Source of the DNA: Candidatus Eiseniibacteriota bacterium
Lineage (GTDB): Bacteria > Eisenbacteria > RBG-16-71-46 > DASYSL01
Direction: 5' to 3'
NCBI GenBank assembly: GCA_031431875.1
Contig: JANPEF010000115.1
Coordinates: 1-24,560 of the forward strand
Length of the DNA: 24,560 nucleotides
Positions within the stretch are counted from its first letter, which is position 1, and every line of letters begins with the position of its first letter. A program made the position numbers and the translations under genes. Shown piece by piece: positions 1-9,804 of this stretch. The notes beneath the pieces are model-generated. The model did not search any database and was not told the origin of the DNA. It worked only from the letters and a program-made list of their open reading frames with translations.

Positions 1-1101
1 CCGGCGCACCGGAAGCGCCCCTGCCGGCTCGCGCTCGCTGCGCGCACCCAGCGCGATCAACAGTTGGCGCGCGGTCGCCTCGGGCGACAGCGTCGTGCGC
101 GCCAGCGTGCGGCCGGCCTGCGCCAGGCGCATTCGCCGCGCCGGGTCCGCGGCCAGCGCGGCGAGCGCACGCGCCAGCGCGCCGGCATCCCCGGGCGGCA
201 CCAGCACCGCGTTGCCGTCGTGCACCAGCAGTTCGCACGAAGCCTCGCTCGCCGCAGTCACGATGCAGCGCCCGGCGGCCAGCCCCTGCACGACCTTGTT
301 GGGGATCACGCGTTCGCCCTCGCCGTCACGCTGGAACACGCCCAGCACCACGTGCGCCCCGGCCATGCGCTGCGCGAGCTCCGCGAGCGGGCGCCGGCCG
401 TGGAAGACCATGTTGTCCAGCCCGGCCTGCGCCACCCGGGCGCGCATCGCGTGGTACTCGATGCCGTCGCCGACCAGGTCGAACACGACATCCCGGCCGC
501 CTTCAGCGGCCAGGCTTTTCGCGGCCTCCACGATCACGTCGACGCCATGGAGGGGAAGGAACCCGCCGACGTACAGAACGCGCATCGGCACGACCGGGGG
601 CGTCTCGTCGGGAACGTCGAAGAACTCGTCGGCCGCTCCCACGTAGACGACCGGCAGCGGCGGCCGGCCGACCATCGCGGCGTAGCGTCGCGCGTGCGCC
701 GCCGTGTCGGCGACGACCACGCGCGGCCAACCGAACGCGATCTCGTCCCAGCGCCGACAGGCCCAGCCGTCGAGCGAGCGCGGCCCGTAGATCCCCCAGT
801 CACCGACCATGGTGTCGAGGCGCGAGATCAGGGGGTCCGCCGCGCACAGCGCGCCGACCCGACGAGCGGCCAGCCACGCCGCCGGGACGTCCTTGTGGCA
901 GAACTCCGCGACGAGAACGACATCGGGGCGCGGGTGCATCGCGCCGATCACGCGCATGATCTCGAGGCCGCGGCCCACGACGCCGCCCGAAGGGGCGACG
1001 AAGCAGTTCTTCACCTCGATGCCGAGGCGGTTGAGTCCCACCCGCAGCACCGCATTGCGCGGATAGCCCGGATCGAAGCCGCCGACGTAGGCGAGAATCA
1101 C
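1..1101 (-). CDS. Glycosyltransferase family 4 (GT-B) protein, 3' end outside the window; absent from the ORF track because there is no stop in the window
   Basis: Manual translation from GTG at 1101 (GTGA overlap with the upstream stop): MILAYVGGFDPGYPRNAVLR...VLYVGGFLPLHGVDVIVEAA...FDLVGDG...RVIPNKVVQGLAAGRCIVT...VLVPPGDAGALARAL, a typical GT4 C-terminal domain. Confidence 0.85.
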   Translation of the reverse strand, partial: MILAYVGGFDPGYPRNAVLRVGLNRLGIEVKNCFVAPSGGVVGRGLEIMRVIGAMHPRPDVVLVAEFCHKDVPAAWLAARRVGALCAADPLISRLDTMVGDWGIYGPRSLDGWACRRWDEIAFGWPRVVVADTAAHARRYAAMVGRPPLPVVYVGAADEFFDVPDETPPVVPMRVLYVGGFLPLHGVDVIVEAAKSLAAEGGRDVVFDLVGDGIEYHAMRARVAQAGLDNMVFHGRRPLAELAQRMAGAHVVLGVFQRDGEGERVIPNKVVQGLAAGRCIVTAASEASCELLVHDGNAVLVPPGDAGALARALAALAADPARRMRLAQAGRTLARTTLSPEATARQLLIALGARSEREPAGALPVRR

Positions 1102-1877
1102 GGCGCCTCCTGGTCGGTGAAGACGACCGGCCCGCGACACGTCGCATCCCACAGGAGCGCGTACTTGACGAAGACGGCAACCGCCGACAGCCCGCACAGC
1201 GCGAGACCGGCGCCACCGTCGAGAAAGCCGCCCTGGGCGACGTACATGCGCACGAAGCGCACCGGCGGCCGCACCAGCATGGCCAGCGGTCCGCTGCGCC
1301 GCCCGGCGTCGTACGCCATGCGCGCGTTCGCCCGCGCGTAACGCCACAGCTTGCGCTCGTAGTCGTCCCAGGTGCGGTACGGGTGATGGAGCAGCGCGCC
1401 GGGCAGCGCGGCGACCCGGGCGACACCGGCGACCTGTTCGTGGATCGCACCCTCGAAGCGCGCGGCGTCCCGGCGGAACAGGCGCAGCACGGCATCCCCC
1501 TGCCAGCCGCTGTGGAGGATGCGCCGCCCGAGGAACCAGTTGTGGCGCGCGAGACGATAGCCGTCGGCCGTCGGCTCGGGCGGGAGTGCTGCGATCGCGG
1601 CGGCGAGCGTGGTGTCGACGCGCTCGTCGGCGTCGACGCATAGCGCCCACGGATGGGCGAGCTGCGCCAGGGCCCAGTTCTTCTGGCTCGACCAGTCGTC
1701 GAAGCGGCGGACGAGGACGCGCGCGCCGTGCGCACGCGCGATCTCGACGGTGCGATCGGTGCTCTCCGAGTCGACGACGACGATCTCGTCGGCGAAGGCG
1801 AGCGAGGCGAGGCACGCGGCGAGGTTTTTCTCCTCGTTCCGCGTCGGCACCAGTGCCGAGATGCGCGGGCGGGTCAT
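1098..1877 (-). CDS. Glycosyltransferase family 2, WaaE/KdtX-like LPS core beta-glucosyltransferase type
   Basis: MTRPRISALVPTRNEEKNLAACL...EIVVVDSESTDRT...QKNWAL...VDADE (DxD)...LRLFRR...IHE...GGFLDGGAGL. Real start is the ATG at 1877 (ATGA overlap), not the ORF-track start at 2597. Confidence 0.88.
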   Translation of the reverse strand: MTRPRISALVPTRNEEKNLAACLASLAFADEIVVVDSESTDRTVEIARAHGARVLVRRFDDWSSQKNWALAQLAHPWALCVDADERVDTTLAAAIAALPPEPTADGYRLARHNWFLGRRILHSGWQGDAVLRLFRRDAARFEGAIHEQVAGVARVAALPGALLHHPYRTWDDYERKLWRYARANARMAYDAGRRSGPLAMLVRPPVRFVRMYVAQGGFLDGGAGLALCGLSAVAVFVKYALLWDATCRGPVVFTDQEAP

Positions 1878-2926
1878 CGCCCCCCCGCCGTGCGGATGAC
1901 TTGGAGCGTGGCGCGCACCGCCTCGAGCGCCTGCTCCGGGGTGACCCGCGTCAGGCAGAAGTTCTCCGCCAGCGGGCACACCAGGCGCTGGCACGGCGCG
2001 CACTCGATCGGCGACGTGAGCGTGCGGTGCGCCCCCTCGGGCGGCGTCGCCGTGGGAATGTCGGTCGGGCCGAAGAAGGCCACCGTCGGCAGGCCCACCC
2101 CGACCGCCACGTGCCGGGCACCCGAGTCGCCCGAGACGAGCAGGTCGTGCGCACCCAGCCCGCGTGCCAGCGCCGCGATGTCGCCAGGCGGAGCCTTGAC
2201 CGCGCGCGGCTCGCCGGCGACCAGCCGGTCCGCCAGCGCCTCCTCGCCCGGGCCCCAGAACACGGTCACCCCCGCGTCGAGGCGGTCGGCCAGCAGCGTG
2301 AGCAGGCGCGCGTAGTGCGCCTCGGGCCACGCCTTGGCCGGCCAGGTCGCGCCGGGCGCGACGGCGATTCGCGGAAGACCGGATGTCGCGTTGCTGCGTG
2401 CGCCGGTGTCCTGCCCCGCGGCGCCCGCTGGGGCAAACGAGAGATCGGTCGTCGTCGCGCCGACGGCTGCGACGAGTTCGAGGTACGCGTCGCGCATGTA
2501 CACCGGCCGTTGCGCATCGGAGCGCGGCACGGTCACGGTGTAGGCCCACGTACGCCCGCGGATGGCGAACCCTGCACGCACGCGCGCGCCGCTCCACCAG
2601 GCGAGGAACGCGGTGCGCGGCGTCCCGAGCGCGTCGACCACCAGGTCGTAGCCCGCGGCGCGCACCTCGTGGTACAGGCGCAACAGTGCGACTCCTCGCC
2701 CGTGCGGCGTCGAGGCTGCGTCGGGGAACACGACGACGCGCGTGACGTACGAGAGTCCGTCGACGACGTCCGCGAGCGGGCGGTCGACGAGCAGGTCGAG
2801 CTCAGCCGTGGGGTACGTGGTCGCGAGGGCGCGCACGGCCGGAAGCGTCAGGAGCAGGTCGCCCAGCGCACGTCGGCGCAGGACGAGGATCCGGCGCACG
2901 CCGGGGCGGGGCTCAGGCGTATCCAT
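1874..2926 (-). CDS. Glycosyltransferase family 9 (LPS heptosyltransferase, WaaF/WaaC-like)
   Basis: RILVLRRRALGDLLLTLP, APGATWPAKAWP, DSGARHVA, FFGPTD and a C-terminal CxPC..C..C motif. Start placed at MDTPEP (2926). Confidence 0.88.
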   Translation of the reverse strand: MDTPEPRPGVRRILVLRRRALGDLLLTLPAVRALATTYPTAELDLLVDRPLADVVDGLSYVTRVVVFPDAASTPHGRGVALLRLYHEVRAAGYDLVVDALGTPRTAFLAWWSGARVRAGFAIRGRTWAYTVTVPRSDAQRPVYMRDAYLELVAAVGATTTDLSFAPAGAAGQDTGARSNATSGLPRIAVAPGATWPAKAWPEAHYARLLTLLADRLDAGVTVFWGPGEEALADRLVAGEPRAVKAPPGDIAALARGLGAHDLLVSGDSGARHVAVGVGLPTVAFFGPTDIPTATPPEGAHRTLTSPIECAPCQRLVCPLAENFCLTRVTPEQALEAVRATLQVIRTAGGR

Positions 2927-4187
2927 CGGCGGCGGCAACGCCAACGCCCCGGCGGGCGAGTTCGCCACGCACGGCGGCCCGGGCGTCCCGATCGGCGGCT
3001 TCGATCGCGGGCAGCGTCTGGGCGGCGACGGCGGGAACGGTATCGAGGGCGTGCGCCAGCAACTCCGGCACGTCGCCGAGGCGAATCTGCCCGGCGAGGA
3101 ACGCCTGCACGGCGACCTCGTCTGCCGCATTGAGGATGGCCGGCGCGGTCCCACCCGCCAGAGCGGCGCGACGCGCCAGGTCGAGACACGGATGCTTGCC
3201 GGCCGGTGCCGGTTCGAACTCGAGGCGGCCGAGCGCGCCCAGGTCGAGCGCCGGCAGCGGCGCCGACAGGCGCTCGGGCCAGGCCAGCGCCATCTGGATG
3301 GGGAGCTTCATGTCCGGTCGCGACAATTGGGCCAGCGTCGAGTGGTCGACGAACTCGACCAGCGCGTGGACGATGGCCTGTGGGTGGACGACGACCTCGA
3401 TCGCCTCGTATGGCACACCGAACAGGACATGCGCCTCGATCACCTCGAGGCCCTTGTTGAGCAGCGTCGCCGAGTCGACCGTGATGCGGTCGCCCATGCG
3501 CCAGATCGGATGCGCGAGCACGTCGGCCGGGGTGGCGTCGGCCCAATCCGATCGGCCGCGCAGCGGCCCGCCGGACGCGGTGAGAGTCAGCCGCGCAAGC
3601 GATCGCCCCGCGCCCGGACCGCCGAGGACCCCCGCCCCGGCAAGGCACTGGAACAACCCGGCATGCTCGCTGTCGACGGGGAGGATCGGTGTGTTCGTCG
3701 CCGCCGCCCGGGCCGCCACGAGCTCGCCGGCGAGCACGAGGCTCTCCTTGTTGGCCAGCGCGAGCGGCGTCCCGGCAGCGACGGCGCCGAGCGTGGCCGG
3801 CAGGCCGGCCGCGCCGGCCACCGCCTGGAGCAGCATGTCGAGCGGCTCGCCCGCTGTCTCAGCCAGCCCCGCGGCTCCGACGCGCACCTGCGTGGGTGCG
3901 AGATCGGTGAGCGCCAGGAGTTCGGTCCGCGCCGCGTCGTCGGCGACGACCACGAGGCGCGGGCGGAACTCGGCAACCTGCGCCGCGAGTACGCGAACAT
4001 TGCGCCCGCCCGCCAGCGCCTCGACACGAAAGCGATCCGGATGCGCGCGCGCGATCGCGATGGCTCCCGCGCCGACCGTGCCGGTCGAGCCGAAGATGCC
4101 GAGGGCGCGCGGAAATGGCCGCCCGGGCCAGGCGAGTGCGCGCGTGGCCGGGGCGTCGGGATCGAGGGCGTACGAGCGTGGGCTCAT
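2913..4187 (-). CDS. dxr: 1-deoxy-D-xylulose 5-phosphate reductoisomerase
   Basis: GSTGTVG, LANKESLV, LPVDSEH, LTASGGP, HPIWRMG, ITVDSATLLNKGLEVIEAH, PDMKLPI motifs. Confidence 0.97.
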   Translation of the reverse strand: MSPRSYALDPDAPATRALAWPGRPFPRALGIFGSTGTVGAGAIAIARAHPDRFRVEALAGGRNVRVLAAQVAEFRPRLVVVADDAARTELLALTDLAPTQVRVGAAGLAETAGEPLDMLLQAVAGAAGLPATLGAVAAGTPLALANKESLVLAGELVAARAAATNTPILPVDSEHAGLFQCLAGAGVLGGPGAGRSLARLTLTASGGPLRGRSDWADATPADVLAHPIWRMGDRITVDSATLLNKGLEVIEAHVLFGVPYEAIEVVVHPQAIVHALVEFVDHSTLAQLSRPDMKLPIQMALAWPERLSAPLPALDLGALGRLEFEPAPAGKHPCLDLARRAALAGGTAPAILNAADEVAVQAFLAGQIRLGDVPELLAHALDTVPAVAAQTLPAIEAADRDARAAVRGELARRGVGVAAADGYA

Positions 4188-4188
4188 G

Positions 4189-5031
4189 TCACATCGACCG
4201 GAAGACGATCATCTTCAGGTAATAGTAGACGAGCGGTGCCGAGAAGTAGAGGGAGTCGAAGCGGTCCAGCACCCCACCGTGCCCCGGGATCAGGGCCGAT
4301 GCGTCCTTCGCCCCCGAGACCCGCTTGAGCAACGACTCCGACAGGTCCCCCACCTGGGCGAACACGCCGACCGCCAGGCCCAGCACGGTCGCGTGGCCGA
4401 TGGTCAGGTAGGGCGCGAACCACAGGCGCGCCACGTGCGCCGCGACGAGGGCGGCGAGCAGCCCGCCGATCGAGCCCTCGACCGACTTCTTGGGGCTCAC
4501 GTCCGGAAGCAGGCGTCGCCGGCCCAGCCAGATCCCGAATCCGTACGCCGCCGTGTCGCAGGACCAGGTGAGGAAGAACGTGAGCAACACGTACGAGGCA
4601 CCGAGTGCGTAGTCCTGCCCGAGCGCGTGCGGCAACTCGCGCAGGAACACGAGGTGCACGGACAACCATCCGACGTAGAGAATGCCGAACAGCGTGACCG
4701 CCATCGGCTCGATGCCGCGCTCGCCGACCGAACGCAAGAGCTCGGCACAGAAGATGAGCAGCAGGCCGGCGGTGACCAGCAGGTTGGTCTGCGACGGCGT
4801 GCCGGTGAACGACAGCAGGCACAGCGCCAGAGCCATGGTCATCCCAAGACGGCCGCTCGGGCGCATGCCGCGCGCCATCATCATGGTGTAGAACTCGGAG
4901 AGCCCCAGCGCGACCTGCAGCGTGACCAGGCCTGCAAACCAGGCGCCACCCTTGATCGCGAGCCCGATCAGCAGCGGCAGGAACAGCACGGCGGAGAGAA
5001 TGCGCAGCGGCAGCTTCGGGTCCGCGGTCAT
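4189..5031 (-). CDS. cdsA: Phosphatidate cytidylyltransferase
   Basis: Multi-TM protein with DTAAYGFG, SPKKSVEGSIGG, GDLSESLLKR, KDASALIPGHGGVLDRFDS. ATG at 5031 overlaps the uppS stop. Confidence 0.96.
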   Translation of the reverse strand: MTADPKLPLRILSAVLFLPLLIGLAIKGGAWFAGLVTLQVALGLSEFYTMMMARGMRPSGRLGMTMALALCLLSFTGTPSQTNLLVTAGLLLIFCAELLRSVGERGIEPMAVTLFGILYVGWLSVHLVFLRELPHALGQDYALGASYVLLTFFLTWSCDTAAYGFGIWLGRRRLLPDVSPKKSVEGSIGGLLAALVAAHVARLWFAPYLTIGHATVLGLAVGVFAQVGDLSESLLKRVSGAKDASALIPGHGGVLDRFDSLYFSAPLVYYYLKMIVFRSM

Positions 5032-5789
5032 GCGGACGGCCCGGGAACCTCGACGCGACCGAAGCGACGATCGCGGCCCTGGAAGTCGGCCACGGCCTTG
5101 AAGAGGTTCTTGCGCCGGAAGTCGGGCCACAGCGCGTCGTCGAAGACGAGCTCGGTGTAGGCCAGTTGCCACAGCAGGAAGTTCGAGATGCGGCGCTCGC
5201 CGCTGGTGCGGATCAGGAGGTCCGGATCGGGCAGCCCCGCCGTCATCAGGTGCGCCTCGAACGTCTTCTCGTCGACCTTGAGCGGCGTCACCGGCCGCGA
5301 GCCCGCCTCGGCCGCGAGGCGGCGCACGGCCTCGAGGATCTCGGCCCGCCCGCTGTAGCTGATGGCGAGGCACAGCAGGAGGCCGTTGTTGTCGGCCAGC
5401 TTCGCGGTCGCGGCGTCGATCACGTCGCGCACGTCGGGCGACAGGTCGCGCGCCCGCCCGATCACGCGCAAGCGAACGTTCTGCCGGTGCAACTCCTTCA
5501 TCTCCTCGCGCAGCACCCGCTTGAGGAAACTCATGAGCCCCTGCACCTCGGTCTTCGGACGCTCCCAGTTCTCGGTGGAGAAGGTGTACAGGGTGAGGAC
5601 TTCGATGCCCAGCGCGACGGCGCCTTGCACCGTGTCGCGCACGGCCTCGCGGCCGGCATGATGGCCGAGCAGGCGCGGCACGCCGCGGGCTTTCGCCCAG
5701 CGGCCGTTGCCGTCCATGATGATCGCCACGTGGCGCGGGATCGGGCCCCTGGCGCGGAGCGCCTCGGGCGTGGGGATGCGGGTCGTCAT
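5028..5789 (-). CDS. uppS: Undecaprenyl diphosphate synthase (isoprenyl transferase)
   Basis: PRHVAIIMDGNGRWA, YTFSTENWERP, DPDLLIRTSGERRISNFLLWQ, RRFG. Start at MTTRIP (5789). Confidence 0.97.
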   Translation of the reverse strand: MTTRIPTPEALRARGPIPRHVAIIMDGNGRWAKARGVPRLLGHHAGREAVRDTVQGAVALGIEVLTLYTFSTENWERPKTEVQGLMSFLKRVLREEMKELHRQNVRLRVIGRARDLSPDVRDVIDAATAKLADNNGLLLCLAISYSGRAEILEAVRRLAAEAGSRPVTPLKVDEKTFEAHLMTAGLPDPDLLIRTSGERRISNFLLWQLAYTELVFDDALWPDFRRKNLFKAVADFQGRDRRFGRVEVPGPSA

Positions 5790-5809
5790 GGCGGTCCGGG
5801 CGGGCGCCC

Positions 5810-6370
5810 TCAGACCTCCATGAGTTCCGTCGTCTTCTTCGCCAGCAGCTCGTCGACCTGGGCGATGAACCGGTCGGTGAGCTTCTGGATGTCCTGCTCG
5901 GCGCGCTTCTCGTCGTCCTGGGGAATCGCCCCGTCCTTGAGCAGCTTCTTCAGCTCGTCGTTCGCCTCTCGCCGGATCCCACGCACGTGGACGCGCGCCT
6001 CCTCGGCCATCTTGCCGAGCAGCTTGACCATGTCCTTGCGCCGCTCCTCGGTCAGCGAGGGGATCGGCACGCGCACGATCGATCCGTCGTCCGTCGGATT
6101 GAGGCCCAGGTCGGATTTCTGGATAGCCTTCGAGATCGCGGCCACCATGGTCTTGTCCCACGGCTGGATGACGAGCAGGCGCGGCTCGGGCGCGCTCACC
6201 GCGGCGACCTGCGCCAGCGGCGTGACCGTGCCGTAGTAGTCGACGTGCACGGTGTCGAGCAACGCCGTCGTCGCGCGCCCGGTGCGGATCGACGCGAGCT
6301 CCTTGCGCGCCTTCTCCATCGACTTCTTCATGCGTTCCTCGGTACGGGCGAGAAGTTCCTGACGCGCCAT
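5810..6370 (-). CDS. frr: Ribosome recycling factor
   Basis: IRTGRA, VDYYG, IQPWDK, SDLGLNP, PSLTEERRK; lies between pyrH and uppS. Confidence 0.98.
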   Translation of the reverse strand: MARQELLARTEERMKKSMEKARKELASIRTGRATTALLDTVHVDYYGTVTPLAQVAAVSAPEPRLLVIQPWDKTMVAAISKAIQKSDLGLNPTDDGSIVRVPIPSLTEERRKDMVKLLGKMAEEARVHVRGIRREANDELKKLLKDGAIPQDDEKRAEQDIQKLTDRFIAQVDELLAKKTTELMEV

Positions 6371-6374
6371 GTCC

Positions 6375-7085
6375 TCAGCCTCCGACGAGTGTGCCGACGG
6401 GCTCGCCGTCGACGACGCGGGCGAGGTTGCCCGGCCGTCCGACGTCGAACACGACGATCGGCAGCTTGTTGTCCATGCACAGCGAGACCGCGGTCGAGTC
6501 CATCACCTTGAGCCCCTGGTTGAGCACGTCGAGGTAGGTGATCGACTCGTAGCGTGACGCGTCGCCATGTCGTTCCGGATCCTTGTCGTAGACGCCGTCC
6601 ACCCGGGTGCCCTTGAGCACCACGTCGGCGCCCACCTCGATGGCGCGCAGCGCCGCGGCGGTGTCGGTGGTGAAGTACGGGTTGCCCGTCCCCGCCGCGA
6701 AGATCACGACGCGCCCCTTCTCGAGGTGGCGCACGGCGCGGCGACGGATGAACGGTTCGGCCACCTTGTGCATGTCGATTGCCGATTGCACGCGTGTGAA
6801 CACACCCTGTTTCTCGAGGGCGTGCTGCAGCGCGAGAGAATTGATCACCGTGGCGAGCATACCCATGGAGTCGGCGGCGACGCGGTCCATGCCGCGTGAG
6901 GCGGCGGCGAGGCCGCGGAAGATGTTCCCACCGCCCAGCACGACGCCCACCTGAACGCCGGAGCGATGCACGCCGGCGATCTCCGCAGCGATGCCGTGGA
7001 GCACGTCCTCGTCGAGGCCGTAGCCCGCGGGACCGGCAAGGATCTCGCCGGAGAGCTTGAGGAGAATGCGCTTGAAACGGGGCAC
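6375..7085 (-). CDS. pyrH: UMP kinase
   Basis: [45 protein letters not shown] start. Confidence 0.98.
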   Translation of the reverse strand: MPRFKRILLKLSGEILAGPAGYGLDEDVLHGIAAEIAGVHRSGVQVGVVLGGGNIFRGLAAASRGMDRVAADSMGMLATVINSLALQHALEKQGVFTRVQSAIDMHKVAEPFIRRRAVRHLEKGRVVIFAAGTGNPYFTTDTAAALRAIEVGADVVLKGTRVDGVYDKDPERHGDASRYESITYLDVLNQGLKVMDSTAVSLCMDNKLPIVVFDVGRPGNLARVVDGEPVGTLVGG

Positions 7086-7154
7086 GGCGGGATCCCTTCG
7101 CGGCGACGGTGCCCCCGCGCGAGGCCGGGCGGCCCCGCGCGAGTCACCGGAGGA

Positions 7155-7757
7155 TCAGTCCTGGCCGAGGCGGAACTTGACGAAGCGGCGGATCTGGATG
7201 TTCTCCCCCAACTTGCCGATCGCTTCCTGGATCAGGTCGCCGACCGTTTTCTTGTCGTCCTTCACGTACGGCTGCTCGAGGAGGACGGTCTCCGAGTACC
7301 ACTTGTTCAGCTTGCCGTCGACGATCTTCTCGACGATGGCCTCGGGCTTGCCCTCGGCCCGCACCAGCTCGACGTAGATCGCCCGCTCGGCGGCGGCCAG
7401 TTCGGGGGCGACTTCATCGCGTCGCACCGCGATCGGGTGCATCGCGGCAATGTGCATGGCGACGTTCCTGACCAGCGCGGCGAAGTCATCGGTGCGCGAT
7501 ACGAAGTCGGTCTCGCAGTTGATCTCGACGAGGACCCCGACCCGGCCGCCCGGGTGGATGTACGCCTCGACGAGGCCTTCGCTGGCGGCGCGCTCGGCCT
7601 TCGCTGCGGCCTTCGCGGCGCCGCGCTTGCGCAGCGTCTCGATCGCCAGCTCGATATCGCCATTCGACTCGGCCAGCGCCTTCTTGCACTCCATCATGCC
7701 GACGCCAGTGCGCTGGCGCAGCTCCATGACCAGTTTCGGTGAGATCTCGGCCAACAT
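7155..7757 (-). CDS. tsf: Elongation factor Ts (short, about 200 aa form)
   Basis: LRQRTGVGMMECKKAL, EINCETDFV, IRRFVKF. Start may be the ATG at 7757 or the adjacent TTG at 7754. Confidence 0.97.
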   Translation of the reverse strand: MLAEISPKLVMELRQRTGVGMMECKKALAESNGDIELAIETLRKRGAAKAAAKAERAASEGLVEAYIHPGGRVGVLVEINCETDFVSRTDDFAALVRNVAMHIAAMHPIAVRRDEVAPELAAAERAIYVELVRAEGKPEAIVEKIVDGKLNKWYSETVLLEQPYVKDDKKTVGDLIQEAIGKLGENIQIRRFVKFRLGQD

Positions 7758-7834
7758 GGACTCCTTGCCTTCCGCGGCCGCTCCGGGCGACCGATGTGCG
7801 GGTGCGTGCGAAGAAACTCGGGTGGGGGCCGGCC

Positions 7835-8632
7835 TCAGGCCGGCTGCGCGACGGCGTCGCCGCCGAAGGACACGGTCTCGCCGTCCTTGGTGGCCGACTG
7901 GGCGGCGACCTCGGCGGCCTCGGCGGCCTCGCGGTTCTTCGCGGCGGCCATGCGCTGGCCCTCGACGACCGCGTCGGAGACCATGCGGCCGAACAGGCGG
8001 ATGGCGCGGATCGCATCGTCATTACCCGGGATCGGATACTGGATGAGGTCGGGATCGCAGTTGGTGTCGACGATGCCGACGATCGGGATCCCCAGGCGGT
8101 TGGCCTCGGCGACCGCGATCTTCTCCTTCTTGGTGTCGATGATGAAGACGAGCTTCGGCACCGCGTTCATCTCCTTGATCCCGGAGAGGGCGTGCTCGAG
8201 CTTCGTGCGCTCGCGCGACAGGCGCGAGACTTCCTTCTTGGAGAGGCGATCGAACGTGCCGTCGTCGGCCATGCGATCGAGCTCCTTGAGGCGCTTGATG
8301 CTCATCTTCACCGTCTTGAAGTTGGTGAGCATGCCGCCCAGCCAGCGCTCCACGACGTAGAACTGGCCGCAGCGGACCGCCTCCTCGGAGACGACGCTCT
8401 GGGCCTGGCGCTTGGTGCCGACGAACAGGACGTGGCCGCCCTGCTGCACGGTGCGGACGATCGCGTCGCGCGCCTCGTTCAGGCACTTGAGCGTCTTCTG
8501 CAGGTCGATGATGTAGATCCCGTTGCGCTCGATGAAGATGTAGCGCTTCATCTTGGGATTCCAGCGGCGGGTCTGGTGGCCGAAGTGGACGCCGGCCTCC
8601 AGCAGCTCCTTCATGGTGATTTCGTTCATCAC
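7835..8632 (-). CDS. rpsB: 30S ribosomal protein S2
   Basis: [39 protein letters not shown]. Start is the GTG at 8632 or the ATG at 8629. Confidence 0.98.
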   Translation of the reverse strand: MMNEITMKELLEAGVHFGHQTRRWNPKMKRYIFIERNGIYIIDLQKTLKCLNEARDAIVRTVQQGGHVLFVGTKRQAQSVVSEEAVRCGQFYVVERWLGGMLTNFKTVKMSIKRLKELDRMADDGTFDRLSKKEVSRLSRERTKLEHALSGIKEMNAVPKLVFIIDTKKEKIAVAEANRLGIPIVGIVDTNCDPDLIQYPIPGNDDAIRAIRLFGRMVSDAVVEGQRMAAAKNREAAEAAEVAAQSATKDGETVSFGGDAVAQPA

Positions 8633-8635
8633 GTG

Positions 8636-8700
8636 CTCCTTCGGTTGTTCCTCCGCCCGGCCGGGCCGCGGAGCGGACCGAAGGTGCCAGGCGTGCGAGA
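8636..8700 (-). promoter_or_regulatory. Structured rpsB leader, probable S2 autoregulatory element
   Basis: On the minus strand CCTTCGGT (8684-8677) pairs with ACCGAAGG (8645-8638), which overlaps the SD (GAAGGAG). The GGAGG..AACC segment resembles known rpsB leaders. Confidence 0.55.
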
Positions 8701-8756
8701 TGGGGTCGCGCCAGATGCGCGGCCCGTGCCGGGGCGGATCGCCCCGGCGATGTCGA

Positions 8757-9158
8757 CTAGCGCTTCGAGAACTGGAAGCGCTTGCGGGCGCCCGCCTGTC
8801 CGTACTTCTTGCGCTCCTTCATGCGGGCGTCGCGGGTCAGCATGCCTCCCTTGCCCAGCACGCTGCGAAGCGTCTCGTCCATCTTCACGAGCGCGCGCGC
8901 GATGCCGAGCCGGATGGCGCCGGCCTGTCCGGTGAGTCCGCCGCCATTGGCCGTCGCATACACGTCGTAGCGACCGACCAGGTTGGTGAGCACGAGCGGA
9001 AGCTCGGCGTGCTTCACCAGCGCGGCGCGGGTGAGATAGGCGGCCATGGGCCGGCCGTTCACGAACGCCTGACCCGAGCCGGGCATGAGGCGCACACGCG
9101 CGGTGGCCTCCTTGCGGCGGCCGGTCGAGGCGGGATTGATTGCCACCACCTTCGTCAA
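8757..9158 (-). CDS. rpsI: 30S ribosomal protein S9
   Basis: [50 protein letters not shown]. Start placed at TTG 9158, 7 nt after GGAGGG. Confidence 0.97.
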   Translation of the reverse strand: MTKVVAINPASTGRRKEATARVRLMPGSGQAFVNGRPMAAYLTRAALVKHAELPLVLTNLVGRYDVYATANGGGLTGQAGAIRLGIARALVKMDETLRSVLGKGGMLTRDARMKERKKYGQAGARKRFQFSKR

Positions 9159-9234
9159 AATGCATCCCTCCACGGGCCGGAATCCGCGCCAAAGCGCCGG
9201 ATCCGGGAGCCGATCAGTGCGAGCGGTCGAACGC

Positions 9235-9669
9235 TCAGTACGGAAGAGTCAGCGTGCGCGGCGACTGCGCGACGTGCGGGTGCTCGGTTCCGGCGTAGAT
9301 CTTGAGCTTGGTCATCATCTGGCGGCCGAGCCGGTTGCGGGGCAGCATCCCCTTCACCGCGAGGTACAGCACCCGGTCCGGCTTCGACTCGGACATGGTC
9401 CGGAACGAAGTCCAGGTCACACCGCCGGGATACATCGAGTGCGTGAAGTACTGCTTCTTCTCGGTCTTCTTGCCCGTCAACCGGATCTTCTCGGCGTTGA
9501 TCACGACGATATGGTCACCCGTATCGAGGTGCGGCGAGTAAGTCGGCTTGTGCTTGCCCTTGAGGATGTGGGCGACCTGGCTGGCGACACGACCGAGAAC
9601 GAGATCGCGCGCGTCCAGGACGAACCAGTCGCGGCGGATTTCGCCCGCCTTGACCGAATGCGTCTTCAT
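9235..9669 (-). CDS. rplM: 50S ribosomal protein L13
   Basis: LGRVASQVAHILKGKHKPTYSPHLDTGD, AVKGMLP, LKIYAGTEHPH. Confidence 0.98.
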   Translation of the reverse strand: MKTHSVKAGEIRRDWFVLDARDLVLGRVASQVAHILKGKHKPTYSPHLDTGDHIVVINAEKIRLTGKKTEKKQYFTHSMYPGGVTWTSFRTMSESKPDRVLYLAVKGMLPRNRLGRQMMTKLKIYAGTEHPHVAQSPRTLTLPY

Positions 9670-9720
9670 GGAGCCTCCCTAGAGCCAACGCTGCTTGCTG
9701 AAACGACTTGCAAACATCGG

Positions 9721-9750
9721 AGGCTAGCATGAAGCAGGCCGGGGCGTCAA
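9721..9750 (-). promoter_or_regulatory. Sigma-70-type promoter of the rplM operon
   Basis: TTGACG (9750-9745)-18 nt-TAGCCT (9726-9721) with an extended -10 TGn, about 50 nt upstream of rplM. Confidence 0.65.
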
Positions 9751-9804
9751 CCCGTGCCCCGGCTCCCCAGCCGGGGAAGGGGCAAAGCTATCCCTCATCA
9801 CAGC

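Noticed and set aside
8728..8748. Terminator after rpsI
   Set aside because: Strong hairpin but no U tract on either strand; more likely a stability or processing element.
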